In this document: piece by piece, positions 51,586 through 64,000 of the stretch
Position numbering within the stretch: the first letter of the stretch is position 1
Layout: each line of letters opens with the position of its first letter
Source: the human T2T-CHM13v2.0 reference genome, Homo sapiens
DNA length: 64,000 nucleotides
Strand: one strand, 5' to 3'
Assembly (NCBI RefSeq): GCF_009914755.1
Contig: NC_060947.1
Translations under genes and position numbers: made by a program
The notes under the pieces: generated by a model
What the model was told of the DNA's origin: nothing
The model's input: only the letters and a program-made list of their open reading frames with translations
The model's database searches: none

Positions 51586-51779
51586 TACTACATTTACAAA
51601 TGTAACTAATCTCTTTTCAGAGTTGGATTCAATTTTTTTTCCATTAGAAAAAAAAGGAAAACCCAAATTTTTGAAAAAGTTATTTTTTCCAAAATAAAAG
51701 AAAATAGTCAAAAGAGAACATTTCAACTTAATATGATGGAATTGATATTCTGGAATTTCCAAGGCTAGAACACAAGAAG

Positions 51780-52106
51780 CCTTGCCAAGTTGTCTTAAAA
51801 CTCTTGCTCTGAGGGAAGAATGCCACCATGTGAGGAAGCCTAAGCTAGCCACACGGGGAAACTGCATGGAGAGAGATGCCTGACCAACCCCAGCAATCCC
51901 AGCCATCCCAGACACCACACATATGAGTGCAAAGGCTTCAGATGACCCCAGCCTCAAGATCAACAGACAGCTACCATCTGAGACTCTGAGCAAGAACCAT
52001 CAGCTGAACCTAGTCCATCCACAGAACCACAGGGATAATAATACATGCTTTTAAACCCACTAAGTGTTGGAGTGGTTTTTCATGCAGCAATAGATAATTG
52101 GAGCAG
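51780..52106 (+). mobile_element. MLT1 (G/H-like) LTR 3' half
   Basis: CCATGTGAGGAAGCCTAAGCTAGCCAC..GAGCAAGAACC..CAGCTGA..ATGCAGCAATAGATAATTGGAGCA. Confidence 0.8.
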
Positions 52107-52169
52107 TCCTTGAAAATAACTTCAAAACATGGACTTGGTGGTAACCAGAGAAGGTGATACAGAGGTGGC

Positions 52170-52585
52170 CGTGAGGCACAGCTTTGCTGCCAGACTTCCT
52201 GGAGTTGACTCTATGGGTTCAAATCCTGACCCCACCACATTTGGTAATTAGTTGCCCTCTCAAAACATCAGCTTCCTTGTGGGGGGGGGGGGTGGCGGGC
52301 GGGGGGAGGGACAGCATTAGGAGATATACATAATGTTAAATGACGAGTTAATGGGTGCAGCACACCAACATGACACATGTATACATATGTAACAAACCTG
52401 CACGTTGTGCACATGTACCCTAGAACTTAAAGTATAATAAAAACAGAACAAAAAACAAACAAACATCAGCTTCTTATTTGTAAAGTGTGAATCATGATAA
52501 TAATAGTCTCTTTGAATGGTGGTCGCAAGGTGCAAAGAAATTCATGTAAAGTGGCTAATATTAAAGGGTAAGCGCTAAACACATT
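52170..52585 (+). mobile_element. MIR SINE interrupted by a short L1PA
   Basis: TGGGTTCAAATCCTGAC..TCAGCTTC | TTATTTGTAAAG..GATAATAATAG..CATGTAAAGTG..TAAGCGCT. Confidence 0.7.
52276..52460 (+). mobile_element. Very short (~185 bp) L1PA (L1PA4-like) 3' end
   Basis: G-tract, then AGCATTAGGAGATATAC.TAATGTTAAATGACGAG...AGAACTTAAAGTATAATAAAA; 13-bp TSD AAACATCAGCTTC (52263-52275, 52461-52473). Confidence 0.95.
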
Positions 52586-53372
52586 TCATGTGTTTTTATT
52601 ATTAACTAAACTGGCCCATAGAAAGTCAAAGGCTTTGGAGAGAAAACAGTTTGTTTACTTATTTAGATAAGAGGTTCCTGTATTCGGACAATTTATTCTG
52701 TTGTTTCTAGTGGGCTGACAGATGCTGTAAAAGAATCACCTCTAAGACGGGAAACGTGGAAAAGGAGTAAGCACATCCAAAGACCATTTTTGGGAAATGA
52801 TGTACTCTGCCTTACATGGGTGAAAAGCTTAATGTTTCTTTTGAAAACTGACCAACAGAGAAGCAAATACAGAAATGAGTCTTAAGGCATCTGTGGCAAA
52901 GTTAACTCCACTGGGTGCTGGATAATGTATACTGTACATTCCCGGAATGGTGCTGCCTAGAAAATTTATTATGTGTAACATTTAATAAAGGGAAGAGCTT
53001 AACAAAACACCCTGGAGACCTGCGTTCTAACTGAGTATCTGCTTTGATGTCTGACTCAGGGCAAGTCAGTGGAGCTCTGTCTCTTATTTCTAACTACTAT
53101 AAAACAGAATTATGAGCACATTTGGAGCACCCCCAGACACTAAAAAATAAAGGCGGGGGGCAGAGCATCTGAAAACATGGATACATAAAAGAGAATGGCC
53201 AGAAGGTATGCATGATAATGCTGTTAGCATCAGGACAATGTAGAGTCCCTCTGGGCTTCAGCAGGGTCAGACTGGGGAAGGAACATGATGATGTCCTAGA
53301 GGCATGGACACCTTTCCAGCCTGTCACTTAGTGATATCAGAATGTTCATATCTGCAGAATGAAGTGGTATAT

Positions 53373-53420
53373 ATGGTATATGCCATGTGATTCATATACC
53401 ACATAAATGGCATATACCAT
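53373..53420. repeat. Perfect 14-bp inverted repeat with 20-nt spacer
   Basis: ATGGTATATGCCAT (53373-53386) / ATGGCATATACCAT (53407-53420). Confidence 0.9.
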
Positions 53421-54044
53421 TTGGTCCATACACCATATCCAGGCATATGGACACTGGGGTATCATTTAGAAAACTCCAATTGAAATCATACCAACCTGGC
53501 TTTGATCAAATTCAAGCCTTTCAAATCATTGGAGCCTGTGGTTGACACCTTCTATATGTCTTTGAAAATTTCACTCCGTAATATGTTAAGAGACTGGAGA
53601 ATTTGCCAATCCCTGGGAAGGACATGTCTATTGGATATAATAATGAGAAGGTGTCAACTGCAGAGACCATTAGTCATGTTTCACAGGGAGGGCTCCCTTC
53701 CACTTTGACACAACTGTCATTCTGAACATTGCAAATGTTTACTTTTCTCTAGTATTTGTATTTAGATTCTTATCTTCTATCTCTTGGTTTGTTGTCTAAG
53801 TCACCTTGTTAGCATCATAATTCTTCCCAAGTTTGGCACATTCTTTTGTAGAGTTCTAAGAAGCACCCCTCTCCCGAAATCATATGTGAATTTAGAGGAC
53901 CCCAGATCAGCTGATGTGGAGCTGGAGTAAATAAAAGGCACTTTCATTTAAATATCTTATGGAGAAAGTCATTGGAACCCCAAGTGGCCTCTGAGACTAT
54001 TAAATAAACCCAGAAACTGGAAGGTCACCGAAGGCAGGTCTAAG

Positions 54045-54132
54045 TGCTTCGTGTTGTTCACTGCAGAAACTCCAGCACCCAGGATAGTGCCCGGCATACA
54101 GTACCTGCTCCGTTAATACTTGTTGAAAGGAT
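54045..54132 (+). mobile_element. L2 3' terminus
   Basis: TGTTCACTGC..CCAGCACCCAGGATAGTGCCCGGCATACAGTA..TGCTC..TAATACTTGTTGAA. Confidence 0.75.
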
Positions 54133-54773
54133 GGTGACTTAAAAGAGGTGTTAGGCCAGAGAAGCAGCAGTTTGGTGGCAGGTGGAGATGTTAAGGGTGT
54201 GTGAACATCCAAGGATCTTATTTCAGAAACAACAAAGGACCAAAGAAGACAAGACAGGAGCTTCCACAGGGTCTCTGCCTTGGCCTTTGGGATAGGGAAG
54301 GGAGACCCTAAAGCAAAGAAATTATGTGGACAGACTGCTGGAGAACTGCCTGGTAAATGTTCTGGTGTTTTGAAAAGAGAGTTTCAACCTGAAGTAAAGA
54401 AAGAAAGAGTATTGCTTCTTCTGAAAAAGGAGCAGTTCCCAGGATGACCTTGGGTGTGGGAGCCCATGACCTCCCATGACTGATATATGTTACACTGAGC
54501 CCAATGGGAAAACAAGACCCCTCTGAGTCTCCACAGAGCAGTAAAGGAGTCTTTGTTTCCTAAATGATTGACTTAGAATGCAAGCTAGGAATGGAATTTA
54601 CTAATAAGAGAAGACAGGCAGAGGACATCATTGTTGGGCCACACTTGTTTGGGATTGCAGAACCTTATCATGCAAAAAGTGTGAGGCTCTTTATATGGGT
54701 TTCAAAATACCATCACCACATCAGATGCTCAATAAACTGTGATAATGTAAATGAGTTACCTAATAGTCTAGTC

Positions 54774-54997
54774 TAAGAGTTGGCAAACTTTTTCTGTAAA
54801 GGCTCAGGTTGTACATATTTTCAGCTTTATGGGTTTCACAGTCTCTGTTGTCACTGCTCAACTCTGCATTGCAGCATGAAAGCAACCATTGATGACCCAC
54901 AAAAGAATTAAGCGAGGCTGTGTTCCAATAAAATTTTATTTATAAAAACAGACAGTGGCCCAGATTTAGTCTGTGGGCTGGAGTTTGCTGACCTGTG
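54774..54997. mobile_element. MER58A MITE
   Basis: GTTGGCAAACTTTTTCTGTAAAGG..GGCTGTGTTCCAATAAAATTTTATTT..AGTTTGCTGACC; TSD GTCTAGTC/GTCTAGAC. Confidence 0.9.
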
Positions 54998-55004
54998 GTC
55001 TAGA

Positions 55005-55548
<544 letters not shown>

Positions 55549-56699
55549 AGCTGAATAGCGTAGGGTTTCATAAGGAAACGATTCCATTTTCCTCCCATCA
55601 GGTCCCTCAAATCTACTGTGGTGGGTCTATTTTTCCCATCCTTGTCCTACCGGATCTTCAACAAGCCCCTATTTTTTTGTTGTTGTTGTTTCTCCTGGGC
55701 ATTAGAAATGTCTCATTTTTAGCTATTAATAAGTCCAGTCCAATCTACACTGATATTTTTGTATTAAATGCAATTCAAAGGTTCTCGGCTTTCCCATTGC
55801 TTAGCTGCATCTTGTGGAAACCTCAGTGAAGCAAAGGGGCAGGGTGTGTTTTCCTCATTTCCATCTTCCACCTTTCTCCTCTCTGGCGGCCTGCAGCTTC
55901 TGCCTCCTCCACAGCAGCCAGCTGTGTGAAGGAGGAGAGATCAGGGCGCAAAGCTTTCTATTTGTCTTGTGCTTTTACAGGCTGGGGTGTGGGCCCCTTT
56001 GGGGCAGCTGTCCAAAAGCTGGCTCTTTCTCATGTAGGATGCTCCTGTGGGATGTGAGAGATCAGACTCCTGTGGGACATCAGAATCTTCTCAGCTTCCC
56101 AACTCCAGCCATGCTCTCTCTAGCTTCCCTCTGACCATGTGTCCCTCATGACTATTTTGTGTTGGGGTCACCTGGCTCTGGCAGGCATGTCTTCGGGCAG
56201 GTCACACTAGCCCATCCACCTTCAGCATTACTCTCTTAGCCTCAGACAAAGTCAGCCCCTTTACCTGGCAAGCTTTGGTGGTGCGGGCTGTGACGATCCC
56301 AGCTTCTGAGTTCTCTTGGCCATCATTGGTAAGAGCAGCCAGTACTTCATCTTTAAACTTGCTCAGACAAGAGTCAGGCCCCAGTCTCTATGGCCCAATG
56401 CTGGGACACGGGGAGGATCAGAGGTCCCTGAGGCTGCCTTGTACCCCTGCAGGAGGTAGAGGACGCACTCAACACTCTCCTGAAAAGGAGGAGAACAAAC
56501 TCACGACTGTTCTTTCCTCCGTTCATGCCAAAGTCTTTCCTCTGTGCCCGGGCTCCCCTCATATACAGACAGCTAGTAAGTGATGAGTCAGGGTCACAGA
56601 GTCAATTTCAAGTCACTTAGCAAATCTTTCATGGAGAGTCTAGTGTCATCTATTGTCTTTAGCTTTGGGTCCCAGCCAAAGTTCCAGACAGGGAAATTC

Positions 56700-56850
56700 C
56701 CATACAACAGCTGGTGAAAGTAAATTCACTCCAGTCGCTGTATGCTTAGGAGAACTTTGGCGCATAGATAAGTGACTGGCACAGGTTCACTCAACTAGTA
56801 AGGGGAGAGCTGATGATCTAAACCCCTGACTCCAAGGCTGGGCTCTTCCC
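56700..56850 (-). mobile_element. MIR SINE
   Basis: TAAGTGACTGGCAC..CAACTAGTAAGGGGAGAGCTG..AACCC..TGACTCCAAGGC. Confidence 0.65.
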
Positions 56851-59187
56851 CTTCCAAAACTTATCTTACAGACAATTTCTTCCAATCTTTCTGATTGCTT
56901 CAAAGAAGCAAACGAAGCCAGAGTTAAAACTGAAGTTACTTGATTTTCAGCTAAGTAACTTTGCCATTACACCACCTTTCTACTTTTTGTGGAGCAGAAG
57001 ATCGAGCAACTCTACAGCAATCAGATAAATAAGAGGGAAATTTTAAAATTCAATCACTTAGGAAAATTCTGCCTTTTACATATTTTCTGCATTGAGAAAC
57101 CAGGGCTAAATTGACAGGAAAAAACATTCGCTGTATGAAAGAAGCAAGTCTCCTAACAGAATATGTTAAATGAACCCAGCTTTGTTTTAAAAATATACTC
57201 ACATGCATATAAAAGTGCCTGGAATAGTACATCATGTGTTACCAGTTCTCGTTGGTTTCTAGGAGGTAGTTTATAAGCTTTTCTATATTTTGACCTATTT
57301 CGTGTTCTTCCATAGTGTTGGAGGTTTATTCTAATGCTCGTGATTTTTATAATATGGAATAAGGCACATATTTATTTTGACAAAATATAGAAAGGAAAGC
57401 TATTTGGTTTTAGCTTTTGTTCCTATCAATTTTCCATTATGCGTAATTTCAGTGTCAATTTATAAAAGGAGAGCAATAACCAGCCTTCAGAATTTTGGTA
57501 AGTCCTCCTCTTACCTGGAATCTATAGAAAAAGACAACTGTGAATTTGATGAAATATGATTTTCAGGGAAATGGATGATTTCAGAAAAAATGATTTACCA
57601 GAAACAAACAAACAAGCAGCAACAACAAGAAAACACAACACTTCAGAGAGAGAAGATCCTTGGTGTGTTTAGGTAATTTAGTGTTTGTGTTGATTCTGTG
57701 ATTGGCAGCGGTTTAGGATTAGAATCTTCTATGTATAAAATGAAGCAGGCAGAAGAGTGACCTGCCTTCACCTTTGATCTGCAGAGGTCAAGGTTTAGAC
57801 TAGGAGGTTTGTTGATTCTCCTGCAGCATTTATTTCTTGGTTTCCTGATGGCCAGTTTGAAAACCACGAACTCAGCCACAAACCCACAAACTCAATTCAA
57901 AGTGCCATACTGAATGCTTTTAGGTGATCATTCAGCTTGGTCACTATAATCCCGAGATGGGTGAATGCACCTCCTCCACAAAGCTGCTACTGCTAGCACT
58001 CAACCTCCCATCCAAATAGGAAGTGGTTTCCCTTTCCTTTAGGATTCCTCTTCACACACGTGGCTATTTATTTGTGTGTCTTACCTCCCCTGTGATGTAA
58101 ACTTGAGTTTAATGACTGTGTGTTATTAATTATTGGATTCTCCAAATAGCACAGGATCTGGCATAAAACACACACTCAGTAGCCTTTCTTTAGCAATGTA
58201 GTTACTATTTTTCTGCCAGCCATGCAGGCACACAGTTTAGACGGTTGTATGGTTCCACAGGCTTGATTTGAAAAGCAGCACTCCCCTCCCCATCTCCCCA
58301 CAGCTTGTTTTCTATTGCCCACAGGCCACTCCCCTAACTGACTATTTTGAAATCCATCTTCATGCTTCTAGGTAACATGCTTATATCACCACTTCCTCAT
58401 TTTCCCCTTTGTGCATTATCCATCAGCTTCCCATTTTGAAGGTTGAGGATAGAGCTCTCTTCATGTCACCGCCTCACTGCCCCCACCACCCACACACGTA
58501 CCTCCTGTCCTCCCATCCTCGAATATAGTCATTCTGTAACTACAGTCAGATCATCATTCAGACTGTATGATCGTGAGAAGGCAATGCTGTTGACAATCGA
58601 GCCCGCCCAACTGTTCTCTCTCTGGAGATGGAAATGGTCTTTTTGTTTTCCTAGTTGGCTTAGTTTTCTATGCACATATCAGATGTGTTCTCAAACACTA
58701 CCCTGGCTACCTATCTCTCTTCTCATCATATTCAAACACATTGGGAGTTCTATCCATTTCATCTTCTTGGGAAAATGTCTCCCAAAGCTTCAGCCAGCTT
58801 TGTCCCTCCACCACCCTGATGTATCCCTTCCTCAATGTTGTTGTGATTTTCTCAGCCCCTGGCCCTGGATCTCCTATTTCCTCTCCTTCTTTCCCATTTA
58901 CTCTTTGTTAGGTAGAGTGCATCCCCTGATTGATTCCTGGGAATAAGTGCATGGGTTGTAAATTTTTTGAAACATCTCATGGCTGAAAATGTCTTTGCTA
59001 TTTATCCATAGCTTTGTCTTGGTATGGAGTGCCATGCTGGCTGTTATTTCCTTCAGAAATTTGAAGGCATTACTTTAGTTTCTTTTAGCTCTGCTGTTGC
59101 TATTGAAACATCCAATGCCATTCTGATTCCTGATCCTTTGAATGGAATTGTTGCCCCCTCCCACCTTCACTCTGAATACTTTGATGA

Positions 59188-59490
<303 letters not shown>

Positions 59491-60403
59491 GATGATCTTC
59501 TCTTGGTGCTTAATGGTCTTGCATTTCATGATGAGATATCTTTGTGTGTATCTGTGGTCAAGCGTTGTACTAGATGAACTGTGGGGAATGCTTTCAAATT
59601 GAAAAACCATTCCTCTCATTTCTGGGAAATTTTCTTGGTTTACTTATTTGATAATTTCCAACTCCCTGTTTTAACTGCTCTATACTTTGCAGCCCCTGTT
59701 TTTTGAATTTTGTGTCTCTGGACTGTCCTCTCCCTTAAAAAATATTTGTTTTCTTCTCCTATTTTCCTTATCTTTATCTTTCAAGGCTACCTCATGACAG
59801 ATTTCCTCAACTATCCTTCCAATACATCAAGTCTTTCATTTCTGCTATTACATTTTTTATTCCTAATGGCTGTTATTTTTATTCTCCAAGTGTTCCCTTT
59901 TTCACAGCATCTGTCCTTATTTCATGCATGTGATATCATCTGTTATTTCTCCAAGGATATTAATATCTTTTGAACTTTTCTTCTTGCATAGCATCTTTTT
60001 GCTCCAAATTGCTTTCGTAAGGTTCTCTTTTATATTACATGTCACCTCCCTCACACGTTTGGCAATCCTTGAGTGCTTGTGTGTAAGAATGGGGCACTAA
60101 AACTGACAGGAAGCTCTGAACACATGGGTGGAGTAGTTTTCTGTGGGCTTCCCTCTAGAGAGATACGGTTGGCCTGTTTCATTGGGAACCTTCTGATGTC
60201 AGTCTCTCAGATGTATTTCTCTCAAGCTGGTAGGATTCCTCTGAGAGGACTCCCACCCTCCTATCTGGTAGAAGTATGCTAAGGTACCAGCATTGTGGGA
60301 GCTGAGTGGAGGAAGCTGGCAGAAGTAGTGTTGGTGTCTCAGTATGTATAAGACATGTATTTATTAATTTCACTCTTTTCAATATGGAATCCTCTCCCTA
60401 ACC

Positions 60404-60614
60404 TAGAGTTTCTGAACCTTAGCACTACTGACCTTTTGGACGGCATGACAGCTGTGTGTGGCTGTGCTGTGCATCAGAATGCTACCAATATCCCTGGCCC
60501 CTACTCACTAGATGCCAGTAGCATTCATTACCCCAGTTGTGACAGCCAAAATTGTCTGCAGACATTGGCAAATGTTCCCTGTGGAGTAAACTCACCCTGG
60601 GTGGAGAAGCACTG
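60404..60614 (+). mobile_element. MER20 MITE
   Basis: AACCTTAGCACTACTGAC..CACTAGATGCCAGTAGCA..CCCAGTTGTGACA..CAGACATTG..GAGAAGCACTG; TSD CCCTAACC/CCCTAACT. Confidence 0.9.
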
Positions 60615-62269
60615 CCCTAACTCCACCGTGTGTTTCCAAGACGAGAGGCTCTCTGTTTGTCCCTTTCCTAAGAATAAACATCTGTTTCTCTTCTGGGTTT
60701 GGTGGACATTAGATCTTCAGTTGCTCAGAGGACCTGGAGACTTAACTGTTTCTTCAATAAATATTCCACTAACCCTTCTATTGTTAGATCCCCATTTGCA
60801 CTCCCCCACTCCCCACCACGAAGTACCTGGGCCAATCAATTCCTGAGCCTCTGGGGGTTCCATAATACTCGGTTTTTCCTTGGCTTTCTCCATTGCTGAT
60901 TGAGGTTCCTGCTTTCTTGGGCCTGCTAAATCAATTAGCATATCCATCTGCTTACCAGCTGCTGAAATTTTGTTCTTATTATCTCCTCTCTTTTTCTTTG
61001 TTGTCCTGGACTTCTGCCTTTTGTTTTGCAAATGTCTTTACAGTCATGGGAGTTAAGTAAGGGATTTCAGGAAAGGTAAGAGTACACATGTGTATTCTAA
61101 TTCACTGTCTTTAATGGGAAGTGGAGTCTATCATTTTCAAGTTGTAGAAATGTAGTCTATAATATAATTTTGTAGGGAGGAGGCAGCAGGGAGAGAGAGC
61201 TGTCCTATTTAAGGATTCCTCCAACAGGAAGGAGCAGTGGCTAATAATTGCATTCAGCCCACCATGTTTAAGGGCTAGTGCTGACTCAATGGATATGTAT
61301 TGAATGAATGGATGAATGAATGTTGGTTATTTTGCATAATAGTTTTGTACTAGCTTAAATAATTTAAAGTCAGCCTATTAAATACTCCCAAGATCACCCA
61401 ATGTGTCATGTTTCCACCAAATTATGCGAACAGCATACAAAGCACTTAAAAGTGGAGTAGAGACAGAGAAAACACCAATTACTTGGCTCCCACTTTGCCT
61501 CCGTGATAGGACTCTTTAATACATGAACTTCTCTTTCCTTTAGAATGTGGCTTAGAGTGGTGTGGTACTAATCCCCTCATGTGTTCCATAATTGGGTTAT
61601 GAGGGTCTGTCCTCATCTTTCCTGCCTGAGAAAAGCAGAGAAGAACTGGGTCTCAGGAGAACATGTGAATATAGTGGATGTGACACATCAATTCCAGTTG
61701 TGTTGGCTTCAGACCTTTCCTTGCTCTCCATGCCCCACCCCCACCTCCTGTCTATTCCAAAGAGGGTAGGGAGTTTTTCACTGGCCCCTCCCTTCCACAG
61801 CTCCAGATTCTGTCCTCTCATTGGTTTATTTTCCCTTCAGGCCAGGCAGTGGGTGGAAGGATGAGTCTATTTACTGTGGCCCAGCTGCTTTATCTAACTC
61901 AGGGAAACAAAACCAGCAAATCAGAGCAGTCTTCTGACTAGCTTATACTGACTGGTACAAATTTATCACTGATGTGGGATACACTTTACTGCCAAAACAC
62001 ACTCACTGCCTGAATCTTAAATATGATTACTTTGACTTCTTAACCTCTCTTCTTCCAAAAAAGAGAATCAAAATAATACTTTGTAGGAAAATTGCTGATA
62101 CAGACTTTCTTCATCCTTTGAGATTAGATCATCCCAAACAGAACTTTGAGTAGCCTCCTATTAATCTTTTTATACAACATATCTCACATGATTGTGGCTT
62201 AAGTAATGCAAATATTATGGAAGTTGTTAGTGCCAAATATTATGAAAGTTGTTTCTAATATTAGAATAT

Positions 62270-62602
62270 TAGCAATTTCTAATTCCCTTCTTTCCTGGCA
62301 TGCCATAGGATTTCACTCCTCTGACTTCTCTGAAGGTAGGTATAGACAGATGATTTGCATTGGTTTTAAAAAAAAGTGAGGAGATGCTTTGAGTCAGTGT
62401 GTAACTTAGCATTTACCCTTGCCTGCCTGTCCAAATGGATCTTCCATCAGCCTGATTTCTTGAGTGACTGTAATGAGAACACACCCTTGCAAACTTATTT
62501 TGAACATGTAATATGAATAAGAATGAAATTTTTGTTGGGTGAAGCACTGAGATTTGGAGGCTGTTTGTTTCTGTGGCATAATCTAGCATTTGCTGACTGA
62601 TA
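62270..62602 (+). mobile_element. MLT1 LTR (old)
   Basis: CCATCAGCCTG..TGAGTGACT..GCACTGAGATTTGGAGGCTGTTTGTT..GCATAATCTAGC..CTGACTGATA. Confidence 0.65.
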
Positions 62603-63254
62603 GAAACTTGATTTTTGATGGAGACTGTATAATTCAGAAATGTTCATAATATTTTACAGTGGAATAGGTATGTTGTGTGCATGTGTGTGTAAGACATAGA
62701 AGCAAAACTTTGCTTGACGTGGGGTTAGGAGTCTGGAGTCCTAGCTTGGCCTCTCCTTCCTTCCTGTAGACTCCTGAAACACCTTATCACAATCTTATTA
62801 GAAGACAGTTTGAAAGCCATTACCAAAGACTCCCAAGCTAATATCAAGAAATTTTTACAATTAAGAGTTTGATTCTTCCTTTTTTATACAGCAGCAATGT
62901 GAAAAATCTGTTCCACAACCACTAAATAATAAGATAAAACTAATTATAATCAGGCGAAGGCAATAAAAACTAAAGCAATGAGAGTCTTTTCCCAGTGAAT
63001 ATATCATAATCACATACACATGGGTTAAGTATGAAGCCAGGGTATGTGTTTGCTTTTCCATGTGAAGCAGAGCTTTGAGAATGGGACTGAATATCAGCAT
63101 AGGAACCAGGAGATGTCGTGTTAGCTTGTCCTACCCTGGGTCTGCTTTTGTCTTCTCTTCCTCACCTGATTCCTCATCTCAATGTCAGCCCTGCTGTCAG
63201 TTCAGTGATTACATTTTAGTCAAAGCTACAGATTCCAATGCTTTCAAGCATCCT

Positions 63255-63396
63255 TAAATGTTATGGTGTCCTAATCCTTTGAAAATCTGAATTAAACCAT
63301 GGACTCCAGGAAAAAAAAACAGATCTACATGCTTAAAATATGCATCAAGTTGCAAGGATTTCAAGACCTGCCTGAATCCCAGCTTAAGAAACCTTG
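63255..63396. mobile_element. MER103-like hAT MITE
   Basis: CCTTTGAAAATCTGA..ATGGAC..CCCAGCTTAAGAAACCTTG. Confidence 0.55.
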
Positions 63397-63560
63397 ATCA
63401 AATGGTTTTTCAAATTTACAGAATGAATTTGGCCTCTTGAAGTTGTGTAGATTTCTGCATTTGGTCAAGATGTGTATGAAATAAGAACACTATAGTAAGT
63501 AGTTTCACATACTGGTTAATATTTCAAGGGCATCTCAAAAAGTAGAAATTTTTAATTCCA

Positions 63561-64000
63561 TTTTTTTATTGTGGTAAAATATACATAGCATAAAATTTAC
63601 CATTTTGACAATTTTTTAGTCGTATAGTTCAGTGGCTTTAAGTACATTCACGTTTTTGTGTAATCATCACCACCATCCATCTCCAGAACATTTTTCAGCT
63701 TTCCAAACTGAAACTCTGTATTCATGAAGTAATAACTTTCCATTCTCCCTTCCCTCTAGTCCCTGACAACCACCATTCTACTTTCTGTGTTTATGGATTT
63801 AATGATTCTCAGTAACTCATATAAGTGGAATTATACAATATTTGTCCTTTTGTGACTGGCTTATTTCACTTAGCATAATGTCTTCAAGGTTCATCTATAT
63901 GAAGCATGTGCCAGAATTTCCTTTCTTTTTAAGGCTGAATAATATTCCATTGAGTATATATACCATATTTTGTTTACCCATTCACTTGAGCTGCTCCCAC
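63561..64000 (-). mobile_element. L1MB (L1MB2/3-like) 3' end, running off the window
   Basis: TTTTATTGTGGTAAAATATACATA..CATCCATCTCCAGAAC..CATATAAGTGGAAT..GACTGGCTTATTTCACTTAGCATAATG..TAAGGCTGAATAATATTCC. Confidence 0.92.

Overview
This is primate (human-like) non-coding genomic DNA, intergenic or deep intronic: AT-rich, CpG-depleted and largely made of recognisable transposon fossils. I see no intact protein-coding gene, RNA gene, CpG island or CRISPR array; the ORFs I can identify derive from L1, L2, Tigger1 or Alu, and the rest look like chance. Main elements: three young L1PA insertions (one with a twin-priming 5' inversion, one ~185-bp copy truncated at the G-rich tract and inserted in a MIR), a near full-length Tigger1, a near full-length HAL1, a ~1.5-kb L2, eight Alus, solo LTRs (THE1, MSTB, MLT1, MER21, LTR33-like, MER66/MER41-like) and many hAT/Tigger MITEs, often nested. 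Subfamily names are from remembered consensus sequences and need RepeatMasker/Dfam confirmation. I found no convincing new biological system. The best unexplained features are a 129-bp local copy of an MLT1 LTR end, a non-repeat block at ~4.0-4.55 kb with an internal ~39-bp repeat and splice-like signals, a close inverted Alu pair, a 14-bp inverted repeat, recent tandem micro-duplications and a few candidate regulatory motif clusters.
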